Shown here: piece by piece, positions 39,948-53,049 of the stretch
Layout: each line of letters begins with the position of its first letter
How positions within the stretch are numbered: the stretch's first letter is position 1
Assembly (NCBI GenBank): GCA_002633005.1
Contig: NMRA01000058.1
Span: 163,585 to 227,584, forward strand
Source of the DNA: Phoronis australis
Taxonomy: Eukaryota; Animalia; Phoronida
Length of the DNA stretch: 64,000 nucleotides
Direction of reading: 5' to 3'
Program-made: the position numbers and the translations under genes
Notes under the pieces: model-generated
Databases searched by the model: none
Told to the model about the DNA's origin: nothing
Seen by the model: the letters and a program-made list of their open reading frames with translations, nothing else

Positions 39948-42811
39948 GTCATGTGAGTTAGGACAGCGCGAGACTGAACAAAGAGCGTGACACCTGCATG
40001 GGAAGATATCAGGTGAAATTAGCACTAGATTTGTGTCCCTTGAACTTTTTATTTGTCAACAGGCTTGATTTCACGTAACTTCTTCAAAATGGCATCCGGT
40101 GACAGAAATTCTAGCGAACCACGACTAATTTTTATGGATACGTTCAAGTTATGTTCACTAAATTCTATCCAGAGTGATGGTATGTGTTAACTATAACTCA
40201 TGTGCATATATGCATGTTTCATTCGATTTTATTTGCTGTATTTTGAAATAATTAACTTTTTATGGGGATGTACTATTGCCCCTGAATGCACGCGGCATTC
40301 AGGGCGAAGTAATTGCCTAGGTCTGACAGCTTTAAGTCCAGTAAGTCTAAGTGGCTACCTGCTTTCAGTCACAGGGTCTCGAATTTCCCAATGACTCTTA
40401 ACCATACATTAGAAACATAAAGGTTGGACACTAAAACTTTGCCAAGCCCAGGCTACCAACTTCAACTGTCCCAAATCCAAATGAAATCTTCGTGCATCTC
40501 CCTGAAAATGCTATTGCATAAACCTTCAAAGCCTTATCTTTCCTTGATGAATTGGCGACGGAATTTTCAAAACCAATTCAAAACTACGAATTCACGATAA
40601 CACGGCAGATTTCAGTTGTACAATAACTTGTACGCCTGACGCAGATAAAATTTCGAGATTGAGCAAGCAAACCCTACAGCACACATCACGAATTTTTGTC
40701 CGACCGGTTGGAAATTGGTCGACGATCGGTTGATGACCAGCCGTCTAGCTGACCAGCAGCCAACCGACAATGGTCTGCTAGGAGCCGTCTGCTGAGTCGC
40801 CTCAGCGGTCGGCACTTGGGTCGGCAAAGTGGTCGCCTAGCACAGATGACCAATTTGGATTATGCGTGTCCTCGGTGAACTTTGGCCAAACAAACATTTA
40901 ACTGTTCGCTGTTCGTTCACCAGTGGCCACTCCGGTCTTGACATCTATTTATTTATAATAATAAATAAATAAAAGATTAAGCACCGTTCAAAAAATTGTA
41001 GGTCTCGTTACAGCAGACCACAGAATGATTCTGCGATTTTAGGACTGAAACTGAACCAAATCTGGCGTGGTGACTCATTGGAAGGTGTACAACTGGGGGG
41101 GGGGGGACANCAATACAAGCATGATATTTTTAATTTGGAGCCATACTTACTAGATGTCATTCAGCGCCACTTACTACCTAAAGTGGTCAGATCATGCGCT
41201 ATAAACATCACCAGACGCTTTGCTTCTCAAAAAGTGCACCTTGGTGTATTTTCTTTCACTTTTTCGACATCACATTCGCTTTACCAAAGATTCACGCACA
41301 AATGCCGTGTAGAGACAAATACCTCTCCACCACGTTTTCACATCTTCCCGTTCAAAATTGTTTTATTTTGTATAATTTGTCAATATGTTGTTGTCAGAAC
41401 AATGTCAGCTACCAACTGATACATGTAACTAGAACAGATTTTACCGTCACAGATGCATGAAAATGCAATGCGCAAAGCTAGAATTGGTTGTAGTCTCAAT
41501 AATGGTCATTCCGTGTTTGATGTCACTGCCTAAGTTCGAGGAAACTGTAACCATATGATTTTGAAGTTAGAGCCTTCCAGGTCCGTGGGTTTAGGGCATA
41601 AAGTTTTGTGTATTTCGCGTCTTTACTGCAAGGGTTAATACAGTGAAAATGAAATCTCCGGAGTAAGAGCTCTTCGGTTCAACAACTCATTCACTATCCC
41701 ATCATCATGGACGTGATAGGAAACCTGTGAAAAATTTTAAAAACCCAAAAAGATGCAGTTTGGCATAACACAAACAAAAAACAAGTGTGGGCGAAGACTG
41801 TAAAACATAGTTGCGTTAACAAAATGACTACGGTGTTGTATTGATTGGGAAGTAGCCAATCTAATGCAATTTGTTAACGTCACGAGCCAAAAGATTAAAT
41901 GTAAAGAAAACTTTCATGTTTTATTAATCCAAAACTTCTTGCATTGTCCATAATCCAATGTTTAATAATACCGCTTGCTTTCAACTTTCGAATTAGTGGT
42001 GTCAATGAACACAACCGATTTGAACTCATGTAATAGAAACACTGTAAAACTAGGTTAATTTATTTGACCCTGTGCCGAGACGAATATGCATCGGCAAGCA
42101 AAGCGGTATCACCTTGACAACATACGGTATTACATAGCTACTACTCTATTCTAAAAATAGCAGCCAACCAGCGGGTCGGCTGATGGCCGTTTGGCAATTA
42201 ACGTTGGCAGTAGAGTCGGCTGGGGGGTCGCCTCATGAGTTGGCACTGTGGCCAGCTGCTGGTCGGCAATAAATTAGCTGTTTGTAGTCAATGTAAGCGT
42301 TCTGAAGATGTCGCGAGGGGCCTTATGAGCATGCGCATCAGATACTGAATGAAGCAATTTGTGCTCTTCGCTTTGCCGATTGAACTAGGAAAATCTGGAG
42401 GTACGTATTGTTTTTATTGGTTTCGATGTCAACAAATAGAAGCAAAGAACGTGTTGCTGTCGCAGATAAAATGTTTGAGTTAAATTACTCTCAGATTTGA
42501 CATGCTTGGAGTTTGTCCAGAAGTGCCCGGCAGACGGCCATATTGAATAACAGTTGTGTACCTTTCTCTTTATTTAGTGTGTAGTTGAGGGCTGATCAAA
42601 GGTGCCTGTGATTTGAAATGATTAGAATGAATGAAGACGTATTCAAGAATTTGTGCGATGCTGATTTTGTGGAGTTCTATACCCATCTGAGCAGAGAATT
42701 CTGAGAAAATCGACTTTTAGAGTCCAACCTTTATGTTTTCTTAGTAGTAAGTGACTTCAGTGGTGATCGAGGAACAGATAAACCTCAAGTGGCTTTGGCT
42801 GTGCTTGCAGT

Positions 42812-43990
42812 ACAGGCGTCCTCAGCTTCTGATCGTCCCCAATACACTATATATAATACTAAAAGGTATGACACTCCGGACAAGAAATTCCACGAGTGCT
42901 TCACTTCAGCCGTCCATGTCAAACACATAACTCAACAAATTTACACAAAACAGGGTTTCAACAAACCATTAGTAATTGTTCTTTTTTCTAATACCATTTA
43001 GGGTGTCCTGCTCCAGCGAAATCGCAACAAAGTCGCGGTCAAAGCACAAAAATGTTCCCAAAAAGCCGACGCATCAGTCCTCCTTTGACGGTTCGAGGTC
43101 AAGGACGCCAATTGCCAATTTGTCACGGAGCGTCATGACATCGACAACTCCACACCATTTTGTAACCTTCCGTAATAAACCGGCATTTGCCGTCCATCCA
43201 TAACTCACCAGATAATTCCGTACCGTCATTGACCTCGAACCGTCAAAAGAGGACTGATGAGTCAGCTTTTTGGAACATTTTTGGGCTTTGACAGCGAATT
43301 TATTGCGATGTCGCTGGAGCAGGACACCGTGGGCGTGAAAGGTATTAGAAGAAAGAACAATTTGTAGTAATAGCCGAGATTACCCGACCCGGGAATCGAA
43401 CCAGCAACCCCCATAAAACCGGCAAACGTGCTAATCATTCAGCTAATAGGCAATTGTCCCATAGCAAGTAGCTAACAGAGGCTCATATGATTCACCGGAA
43501 GCACATCACAACATTCCCCCCTTTTCCTACAGAACAGGCACACCATCAGGAAAGTGAACACCAGGATGTCTCGCATACAGGTCATCAACGTCCCTTGGTA
43601 CCTTTACCACCACAACACAGGTGAACACAAGGTAATCCCTCATACAGGTCCTGACTCCTGGAACCTTCCATGCTCACCGTCCCGGGGTCCGTGGGTACTA
43701 GTTGGCAGTGCTTCATCGGTAGATCATACGTTTGCCGGCTACGCCATTTGTAGTAATAGCCGAGATTACCCGACCCGGGAATCGAACCAGCAACCCCCAT
43801 AAAACTGGCATGCGTGCTAACCATTCAGCTAATAGGCAATTGCCCTTAGCGAGTAGCTAACAGTGGCTCATATGATTCACCGGAGGCACATCTACAACAA
43901 ATTACTAATGGTTTGTTGAAACCTTGTTTTGCGTAAATTTAGTGAGTTTTGTGTTGGATGTGGAGGGCTGAAGTGAAGCACACAAGAAAT
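42812..43990. mobile_element. Long-TIR MITE (TA|CAGG terminus, Tc1/mariner-like), host of the TRIM; second partial copy at 47118-47408
   Basis: Arm ~42890-43105 is the reverse complement of 43225-43990 once the LTR element is removed; the left arm recurs at 47118-47408. Confidence 0.75.
43363..43899 (-). mobile_element. Complete TRIM (miniature LTR retrotransposon) with tRNA-like LTRs
   Basis: Two 151-bp TG...CA LTRs (43363-43513, 43749-43899), PBS TGGCGTAGCCGGCA (43733-43746), PPT AGGAAAAGGGGGGAA (43514-43528), 4-bp TSD AATT, and A/B boxes inside each LTR. Confidence 0.93.
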
Positions 43991-46900
43991 TTAGGATATC
44001 TATTTTCATTTTGTGAAGTCTAGAGTAGATTTGGTAATTGGACTTTGAACTATTTTACAGTAAAGTGAAATGCTTAGATTTTGATATGGTGGTAGAGCAT
44101 TTAGTTCTACAGACTAAAATTAAAGACAGCAATCTTGGAGGATTTTGGAGTTATGGCAAAATGCGCACCGGAGGACATTAAAAAGTAATGGTTTTTCATA
44201 AGACTATTTTCAATTTTTTATTTATATTCCAATTCAATGAGCTGTGTTAGGTGTCAAAGTGATGACTGAGCGTTAGTAGTGACAAAGGGAAAGAAATAGG
44301 CAAAAATTTTGTACGGTTTTTGAGATATTATGTCATACATGCCGCAAACATCAAAATTTTAAAATTTTCCTAGGTTTTTCAATTTCAAATTCTAATAAGT
44401 TTTTCAAATTTAATGTCCTGTTATAGGTGTTGACATGATGTCTGAGTGTTAGAACAACATGGTACAAAAAGAATTAGGTAATATAAAGCACAATGCATTC
44501 AATAAATCGTGAAAAGTAGCCGATTCTACAACATTGTTCAACTTTGAGATTTTTTAAATTTAAAATTACTTTTTTGAATATGCATTTACTAATACAGAAG
44601 CATTAATGTTTCAGTGACCTTTCTATGATGATGTTATGATATTCTGAAGTTTCAGAGCTCTATGTGCGTCCTTTTTTAAAATATAAGGTCTTGAAGTTGC
44701 ACTCAGAATGAAAAACGCAGTGTTACAAACCAGAAAAAAACTAAGTAGAGTTGTTTTTGTTCCAATTTTGATTAGTCTTAAAATACAAAACAGTAAGAAC
44801 AAGTTAGCCCGTTTTTAGCAGTTTATAAACTATACAAGCAGCGAAAGCACGGGTAGCAGCTAGTGGGAAACGCCGAGGGGAAATAGCTACACCTGAGAGT
44901 GAACCGATCGAGTGTTCATCACAAGAGACAGGAATACTTCTTGAGGAGAACGTGTTCAAAGCTTCAAGCAGAATTTCTGTCACCTGTCAGATTTTTGTAG
45001 GCAATTAAGGACTGTGGATGTGGGATTATTCCCCTAGTTCTTTCTAGAGCATTTGACCCTGCTGTGACACAAAGTACGGTAATCAGATATTCTTCAGTTT
45101 AAAGTGAAAACTAATAATGCATTTAAAATATTGTATAGTACACAAAGTATATAGATGTCAGTGGCGCATTTAGAGGGGGGCCAAGGGCGTCATGGCCCCC
45201 ATAAAATTCTCCCAGATTCCATTTGGCAGTCCGGGGGTGTGAATGTCTGAAGGGCAAAATTCTGGCTAATACTCTATCTGCCGTGCCCCTCAACTCAAAA
45301 TCCTGGATTCGCACCTGGATGTATTTACAAAACTTGCATCATAAATGTACATACTGAGGTAGAAAGCCAGCTAGCTGTATGAGGACTTTCGTCAACATAC
45401 AATTGAAATAAATTGTTGCACCCAACTTTGATGTGCGCAGACGTTTTCAATGAGGTTGTTCACGTAAATTGCTAAGAACCCAGCATCAATTATCGCTCTG
45501 TGTTTTATTGTTTTGGCCTTACAAAACTTGATCGACCCCGGGACATTTTGATACCTTGTTGAAGCTACCCCTGGAGCGCGTGTTTGAGTAAACCTGAACG
45601 ATAAATATTTTCGAAAATACATCCCAAAAATGCACAAAAAGTGAATTAGTGAAATATGCTGTTTTTAAGATACATTTGAAAAAAGAAGCCACTCACTCAC
45701 TGTTTGTTAATCATATTGTGAATACGAACACGTCTGGGTATTCGTTTGACGTTCGTAAGCAGACGAACACTGGAAACTTCAACACCTGATGTCGCAGGAC
45801 TGCGAAGAAGAGGAAATAAGATCGTTCACGACTTTAGGGCACTCACGACTTTAGGACCTCTGACGGTAATGTTGTTAAACTTGAAATTTTGGTTTGCTCA
45901 CTCTAAATTTGTCGCATATCTTCTCAAATTTTGTTGATTTCATGAAAAGGTGGGTGTAAAGTGGTGCGCCTGATCCAAGAGAGCTGGGAATTGTATATAA
46001 GGACACTTCATTACATTGTTTAGGTATTGCCGACAAAGTTTGAAATGGGCATGCTTAAAAGTTTATCCGACTATTTTATCCCTGAGCTGTGGCTTGCAGC
46101 AGGCCTCGTTCACTATAAATCTGCTATATTCGACAAGTGTTGACATGACAGTTCGCATACTTCATAGTTTTGGGAATTAATGTAATTAAGGAGATCGAAT
46201 ATAAAAAGAACTGTTCTTTGTGCCACAAACTTACCCCAAAACTAAGAAATGCCAACAAAATCAGACGACCTTGAAATCGACCGGCAAATGCTGAGCTGCG
46301 ATCACCAGGTCTCGTAATCACGAGGTAACGTGTATTTTCGAGATATGACAAAATTTATAGATTACTTTTATTACACTTCAAATTATCCATGGAAATTTGA
46401 TGATTTATGTAATTTAGTTGATCAATGTGTTTGAAAATAAATTATTTACAAAATGTTGCAACGCCCCCACGTGAGTCATTATGTCGACCAAAACATGGAA
46501 GTTAGTACTTTTGGAAGATATTGCCATTTTTTTTTGGCTGGCTGACAACTGATGGAATTTCTGCAGAAGCTAATGGTCTAATTTAATTCATATGAACTTG
46601 AAATATGAGACCTAATATCGATTTCATCGAGTGTTTGAAAGATTCGCCGAAGTTCAGGTACATTTATATATCATTATTCTGGACTCTGAGTCTGACAGTG
46701 ACAGTCACTGAGTCCGTCATAATTAATGTCATTGACTGAGTCATGAGAAATCCAGTCGCAATCTAATGCATGTGGCAAACTACTATTTTATCGTGAAGTA
46801 AATACTTTTTCAATGGAACATAATGGTTGAGTGGTTCTCAACTGGGATTTGAATCCTATTTCTCAATGACTTCCGTTTCGGTTAATCGAACACGTCTAGT

Positions 46901-47493
46901 AAAAAATATAATGTGGGATTACAGTTAAGGACTTTGCCAGTTCCTGAATTAGATCACTAATCAACCCTCCCTAGTGACCGACTCCTAGTATAGACAAATT
47001 GATAGTAGGCTGGGTTGGTAGAAAATTTCTTGTTCTTCCATTGAATTGACTAAAAATTAGCAGATTACACATATAACACGTTATAAGTTTTTGCACTTGA
47101 CGCACCTGTACAACACCACAGGCGTCCTCAGCTTCTGATCGTCCTCAATACACTATATATAATACTACAAGGTATGACACTCCCGACCAGAAATTCCACG
47201 GGTACTTCACTTCAGCCGTCCATAACAAACACAAAACTCAATAAATTTACACAAAACAAGGTTTCAACAAACCGTCAGCAATTGTTCTTTCTTCTGATGC
47301 CATTCACGGTGTCCTGCTTCAGCCAGATGGCAACAAATTCGCGGTCAAAGCACAAAAATGTTCCCAAAAAGTCCACGCATCGAGCCTCCTTGGAAGGTTC
47401 GAGGTCAATTTCACATATTTATAGCAAAATGCCTTATCTTCATTCTCGGGTAACTTCAAATGCAAAATATATACTGTGTAACGAGACAGAAAA

Positions 47494-49205
47494 GGAAGGT
47501 GGATACAAAAATGTTTTGACTGTTATTACATTTTTATGTTAACCTAATCATTAATTCTGTACAGTTTAGCGAAAAATATAGTTTTAATTCTGAAAACCCG
47601 AAGTTGTTTTTTTAATTATGTTTGATCTATCCTTAGTAAGTCATATGGCTTGACTGCCTACCAGCTTGGTAACTGACAAATGGAGGGGAGTTTGTACTAT
47701 GACACATGCTCTAAACTGATCCTGCCATTAAACATTGCGTAACCAGCTGATCAGTGGATCAATGGATATAGCTGTTGTAGTGAGTCTTAGAATAAATCCT
47801 TTTTGTGATGATGTAGAAGTTGGTGGTGAAATGGTGAATTCCTGTTCGAAGCCCGAGCCTGTTTGTTCGTCTGCAAAAATATACAAGTTGAGTATGCTAA
47901 ATCCCACCGTAGTCATCGCTAGAGAAGCAGAAATTTATTCCGTTGGCATCCAAATCTGGAACTGCACTCAGCTTGAGGAGGCCATTCAGAAATCGTGCGT
48001 GTGTAAGAAATGTTGGAAAAGTGTGGTTTTCTTGCGAGAGGACACTGAGCGTCGACATGGGCGGTGTTGCATGATGCGATGAGAGTGCAGGCGCTGTCAA
48101 GACACGCCGCCCGCTCACAGGCACAAGGCATGGACTTACTGCATGGCGTCAGAGTGGAAAGTTTTTTGAGATAGGAATGCACACCATTGGTTGCTGGAGA
48201 AACAAGGTGTCAAACTCACCGTGTTTTTGAACTTTGATACTGCCCGTGACTCAAACAGTTAGAGAAATAACTCAGTGTTCAACATATCAAAATTATTCTA
48301 GTGCATCGATTTAAACGTATCCTTGAATTAAAACTTAATTTGATATATGATTTTAGTAGAAAGCAAGATAAGAAATTTCGGTAACTTTTTGAGTATCTCA
48401 CCCATGTCACAGTGTTGTATTGCAATTGACTGATACAATACGTAGGGAATAATAAGAAATAGGTCTACACACTACCACACTGACTAGAGAGTCTAGATGA
48501 GGTGGATAAAAAATCCGAGACTCATGACTGGTTGGCACACCATGTAACGCAGTGCCCATGTAACAGCAGACAGTAGATCAACGCTGAGCTCTGCCATATT
48601 TGTTTTAGTGGTCTGTTGTCAGTTCGCAAAAGTGATTAAAATTATGCTGTAAACAAACTGGTACTGGTATGTCATATTTTCAGCTTTATTTCTATTGCCT
48701 GCTTAACTTCAAAACCATTTTTCTTTACTCATGATTTCACAGTGGTGGCAAGATTTACAGGCATATTTTTTATAGTGCATGGGTCATATTTTGCAAATTT
48801 TTCAAATTTGAAATCCACCGTAACTCAAGTACAATGGCGTGATATATCGACTACATTTTTAATTAATGGACAGAAAGTGACCAAATGACAGGAGGCGTGC
48901 TCAACACAACTCACACTCAAAAAGTCCACAAAATCAAGACCATAATTTAATACATACTTGGTATGGATAATTAGATTATTGCCGTAGGAAACCATTAATA
49001 ATAATTTTAATGCAGTTTGAAAAGAAATCGAAGTGAAATTTGATTTTTTGAAACTTATAGAATTCAATATTCTAAAAAACAAATACAGTAAAAGCTTTCT
49101 TTTTCAATTTTTGTTTCACTTTCAGAGTCATGTTCAACTAGTTGTAACCTTTTTTTACGTGTTTTAGGCAGGAACCTGGAGATTTGACCAGTGTATACTC
49201 TTCCC
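47494..49205 (+). mobile_element. Kolobok-like non-autonomous element, copy 1, with transposase N-terminal remnant
   Basis: Ends GGAAGGTGGATAC / GTGTATACTCTTCC; Cys-rich remnant IWNCTQLEEAIQKSCVCKKC..LREDTERRHG..*ECRRC (47735-48100); inverted homolog of 49819-51584. Confidence 0.68.
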
Positions 49206-49818
49206 TCAAGTTTTGTTTACTGTTTATCTGAAGTCAAAGGTTACAGGACTGTCACTCAAATCGAATTCGCTTGCGAGTCGCTGAACTGCTAGTCTGTAAC
49301 TTGGTGTTCACTAAGGCAGCAAGTTGAGAGAAAAATTAAATCTTCCCCGACATTCATTATTTTGATTGGTAATTTGAAATTACACTGTTTCAGTCTCTAA
49401 CTCATGACAACCTTTATCACCGAGTCGATTTCTATTGTCCATTTCGTCCTTGGTTTTTTGATATTATTCTCCTCGGCGCTTTGTGTGCATGCAATGAACC
49501 GTTGGGCTACTTACTGCTGGCTCTGCCTGCTGACATAGTTGACACGCGGTATATGAAACCCCACAAACAAAGTTAAACATTTTTAGTGATAATTAAGTTA
49601 ATTACACACTGAAAATTCAGTTGACATTGCGACTGAATGTTGAAAACCGAACATTGTTTAGGCATGTATAGGTAATTATGACCTTCTTCAGCATTCCTGG
49701 CCTTGTAGTCTAGATGTTCAATCTGGTCTTGTGGGCAAAGTCTGCGGTTCGCCTTAATGACGCTGACCAGTATTGAGTGAAAAGAAGTTTTCACTGAATA
49801 ATTAACCAAAGACCTTAA

Positions 49819-51584
49819 GATAGGTGTATACACTGGTCAGATCTCCAGGTTCCTATCTAAAATAAGTATAAAGGGGGTTTAACTAGTTACAAATGACTCT
49901 GAAAGTGACAAAAAGCAAAAAAAAATTTACTGTAGTTCGTTTTTTTTTAAATTGTATTTTTTATTTTTCAAAAAATCCAATTTTACCTCGAATATTTTTT
50001 CAAAATCCACAGGGATTATCATCAACTGTTTCCTTACGTAATATTCTACTTATCCATACCAAATATATGTACAAAATCATTATGATATTGATTTTGTGGC
50101 TTTTTTGCGTGTGAGTTGGGGCAAGCACACCACTTGCTGTCATTTGGTTACTTTCCGTCTACTAACTAAAAATCTGGTCCATGTATCAAAAAACCCTGGC
50201 ATGCTATTTTGCTCCAGTCCTAGAGGATTTCAAATTTGCAAATTTCATAAAAAGTGACCCACGTGTTACGGAAAAATAGGCCCGAGAATCTTGTCACTAA
50301 TGTAAAATCATGAGCCGAGAAAAACGCCCCTTGAGGTCAAAATTAGTTCAGAATACGCGGTCATCATGCTCCAATTTTTGTTGATGTACTAGAAATAAAG
50401 TTGATATTTACTTCATGTTTAGAAAATGTGACAAACCTGTTTGTTTATAGTGTAGTTTTAATCATTTTTGCGAACTTGTGAAGCACGACAGACGACCAAA
50501 ACAAATATGGCTGTCACGTTGATCTATTGTCTGCTGTACTGGTGTGCGGACCACACATCATTAAAACCATGTGTTGATTGTTTATGCGACTCCATCTGAA
50601 CTCTCCACTCAGCCTGGTAAAAGACTCTCTAACTGTATTACATAGACTTATTTGTTAATTGGCCTATTCCAATATATGTAGTTACCGTCTCTTCATCAAC
50701 CAATATATATGTGTTATATCAAATCCCCTGGTTACTGTCTACATAAGAATATTGGTGACGAGGATAAAGAACTACTTTCATTGTAATGGTTCAACATTTT
50801 CACGTGCCTGTACCGCCAACATTTTGACCGAATGTACTTTGGGATGAGAAAACAGCACTTTCAGTTAAAAAATCCCCTGAGTTTGGCAGCCTAGTTTCTC
50901 CATGGCATGTTCCTAGCACAGAAGCACGGTTTATCTCCAAAACTCTACTTAGACGGTATGTAGTTGTCCATGTCTCACGTGCGCGGCATGTCTTCACAGC
51001 GCGTACATGCACTCTCATCGAATCGTGCAACACCACCCACGTCGACGCTCAGCGTCCTCTCGCAAGACACCTCACCTTTCCGACTTCTCTTGCACACGCA
51101 CAATTTCTGCGCTGACTCCTCAAGCTGAGTGCAGTGATGGCTTCGGTAGGACTTGACGTACTCAATTTATTTTTTTTGCAGATGTACAAACAGGCTCAGG
51201 CTCGGAACAGGAGCTAGTTCACCATTTCACCACAAACTTTCACATGGTCAAAAATAGAATTACTTTATTCTTGGCTTTGCTACAACATCAATATCAGCTG
51301 GTACAGCGCTCTCGATTGCCCGGTTACGCAATTGTTTGTTGACAGGGTTAGATTAGAGCTAGTGTCCTGGTATAAGGTCCGCCCCACTTGTCAGTCACTG
51401 AGCTGGTGAGCACTCAAGCCATATGACTTACTGAAGCTTGGTCAAATATAATTAAAACAACAACTTTGGATTTTCAGAATTATTTTATTTTTCTTCAGTA
51501 TACTGTGCATCAAGAATTAAAGGTTAGGGTGATATAAAAATGTAAAAAACAGTCAAAATTAATTTTTTTGTGTATCCACCTACC
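49819..51584 (-). mobile_element. Kolobok-like non-autonomous element, copy 2
   Basis: TTAA|GATAGGTGTATACAC...GTGTATCCACCTACC|TTAA (TTAA TSD, purine-starting TIRs). Confidence 0.75.
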
Positions 51585-51876
51585 TTAAGATTTTCACTGC
51601 TCACTATTTAATCAGCTTTTTCTCCGCTTCAGCAAATCGACTTTATTTGATATTACGAACAACAGTTCTCAAAAACGTCTTGGTGGATTTTGCTGAAACT
51701 TTTCAGACTGATATTTTATTCATCAATCTCGAAAGCACTGTTTGGATTTTTCGTATAAAGGCCTAGTTTTTGTGTAATGTAACTAAGATAAATATGACTG
51801 CTATTTTTTACAAAAGTACCTTAGGTTTTGCAAGTTGATTAGTCATAGAAACCAAACTAAGAGACTACTGTTACTA

Positions 51877-52105
51877 CCGTATTCCCCCTAATAAGCTCCT
51901 AGGGTGCTTATAAAAATTCGCTTCAGGGAGGGGGGCGCTTATTATAGCTCAAAGTGGTGGAAACCCAGTCTCCAAAACAGGTGAAATCCCAAGCTATCCT
52001 GGCCACGTGCTTTTAATAAAGGTCAAATTTTTATTAGTCTTCCATTCCCGGTTTTCACATGTACAAAGAAATTTGGATTCCTGTTGAGGGAGAAGATCTG
52101 TATGG
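51877..52105. mobile_element. Family B (Tc2-like) fragment
   Basis: TA|CCGTATTCCCCCTAATAAGC terminus and internal match to the reverse complement of ~1755-1865. Confidence 0.7.
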
Positions 52106-52134
52106 GTGTAAACAGTAATTGCACAGATATCGGG

Positions 52135-52207
52135 TCCTCAGTAGCTCAGTGGTTAGAGCACTAGACCGGCAATCTAGAGACCTGTGGTTCAATTCCCAGT
52201 TGGGGTT
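52135..52207 (+). pseudogene. tRNA-like sequence (SINE head or tRNA pseudogene), apparent anticodon GGC
   Basis: TAGCTCAGTGGTTAGAGC D-arm, CTAGA-CCGGCAA-TCTAG anticodon arm, GGTTCAATTCC B-box; acceptor and T stems imperfect. Confidence 0.65.
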
Positions 52208-52289
52208 CTTGATTTTTCTGCATTTATTTGATAAAGAAAACTTAACAGTTTACCTCAAAAACACTGTTCGGAATTTTTAATTACTGGCG

Positions 52290-52420
52290 TTCTATTTTTA
52301 GGTGGATTCAATGTATTCTGCACCATCTAGTGGCCATTTTTATGATTATAATAAACGGCCCTAGAAGCATACCATTTGTAATGCAGTCATAGGTGGATTT
52401 CAATGCTTTGTATTGTTCTT
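52290..52420 (+). mobile_element. HINE family A 3' fragment
   Basis: CACCATCTAGTGGCCATTTTTATG...CCCTAGAAGCATACCATTTG...TTTCAATGCTTTG matches the family A 3' end. Confidence 0.65.
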
Positions 52421-53049
52421 GATGAATCACATTAATTATTTTGTAATTGTATGGCACTATAATTGCTTTTAAGTTTTTGTTAGGGATGCTGTAGTGTGCA
52501 ATAAATAAAGTTAATCATTCTTTCACAACAGACATGGTGTAATTGTTCTGCCCTACCAAGTAGAAACAAGTCTACATCACTGTAATGTGTTTGATGAAAA
52601 ACTAAATTACTGATGACGAATGAGCAATGCCTTTGAATTTTTGGTTTTAAGTCAGCATATTTTTCTTGACTTTTCTGGCCATTTATGTCTGTGAGTAAAT
52701 CAGTACTCCATTAAGCCACATTGTCTTGCTTACTATGTTGGTCAGCATAAACCAGGAAAAGAATGAATACTGTCATGTGCCACATTCAATGTATTGTGAC
52801 CTGATTCATACCTCCAGGGAATCATCTTTCCTGTGACACTGTGCTATAGATGTTTGAATAGAAATCATGTTTTAGTTGCCTTCCATGCCTGTGTCTGTTG
52901 ACGAGGATACAATTCATTTACATATCTCTGCCATTGATTTGAGAGCCTTATTATATAGCTAGTCAGTATATACAGTGTACATTGCTACTAATGTTATATT
53001 GTGATGTACATTTCGTATTCTAGGCACCACTGCCTGCAGTTGGCATGAA

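Noticed and set aside
41094-41112. G-run with an N as a possible G-quadruplex or ORF 41078-41419
   Set aside because: Homopolymer next to an ambiguous base; likely an assembly uncertainty.
40673-42290. Single DNA transposon bounded by GTCGGC-rich subterminal repeats
   Set aside because: The ends are related but TIR and TSD could not be fixed, and no transposase motif was confidently read.
43363-43513. Pair of genuine tRNA genes at ~43375-43450 and ~43760-43840
   Set aside because: The anticodon arm is not canonical and both copies are embedded in LTRs.
44160-44864. Helitron ending in ...GCACGGGTAGCAGCTAGT
   Set aside because: The CTAGT end is suggestive, but the hairpin is incomplete and no 5' end or second copy is visible.
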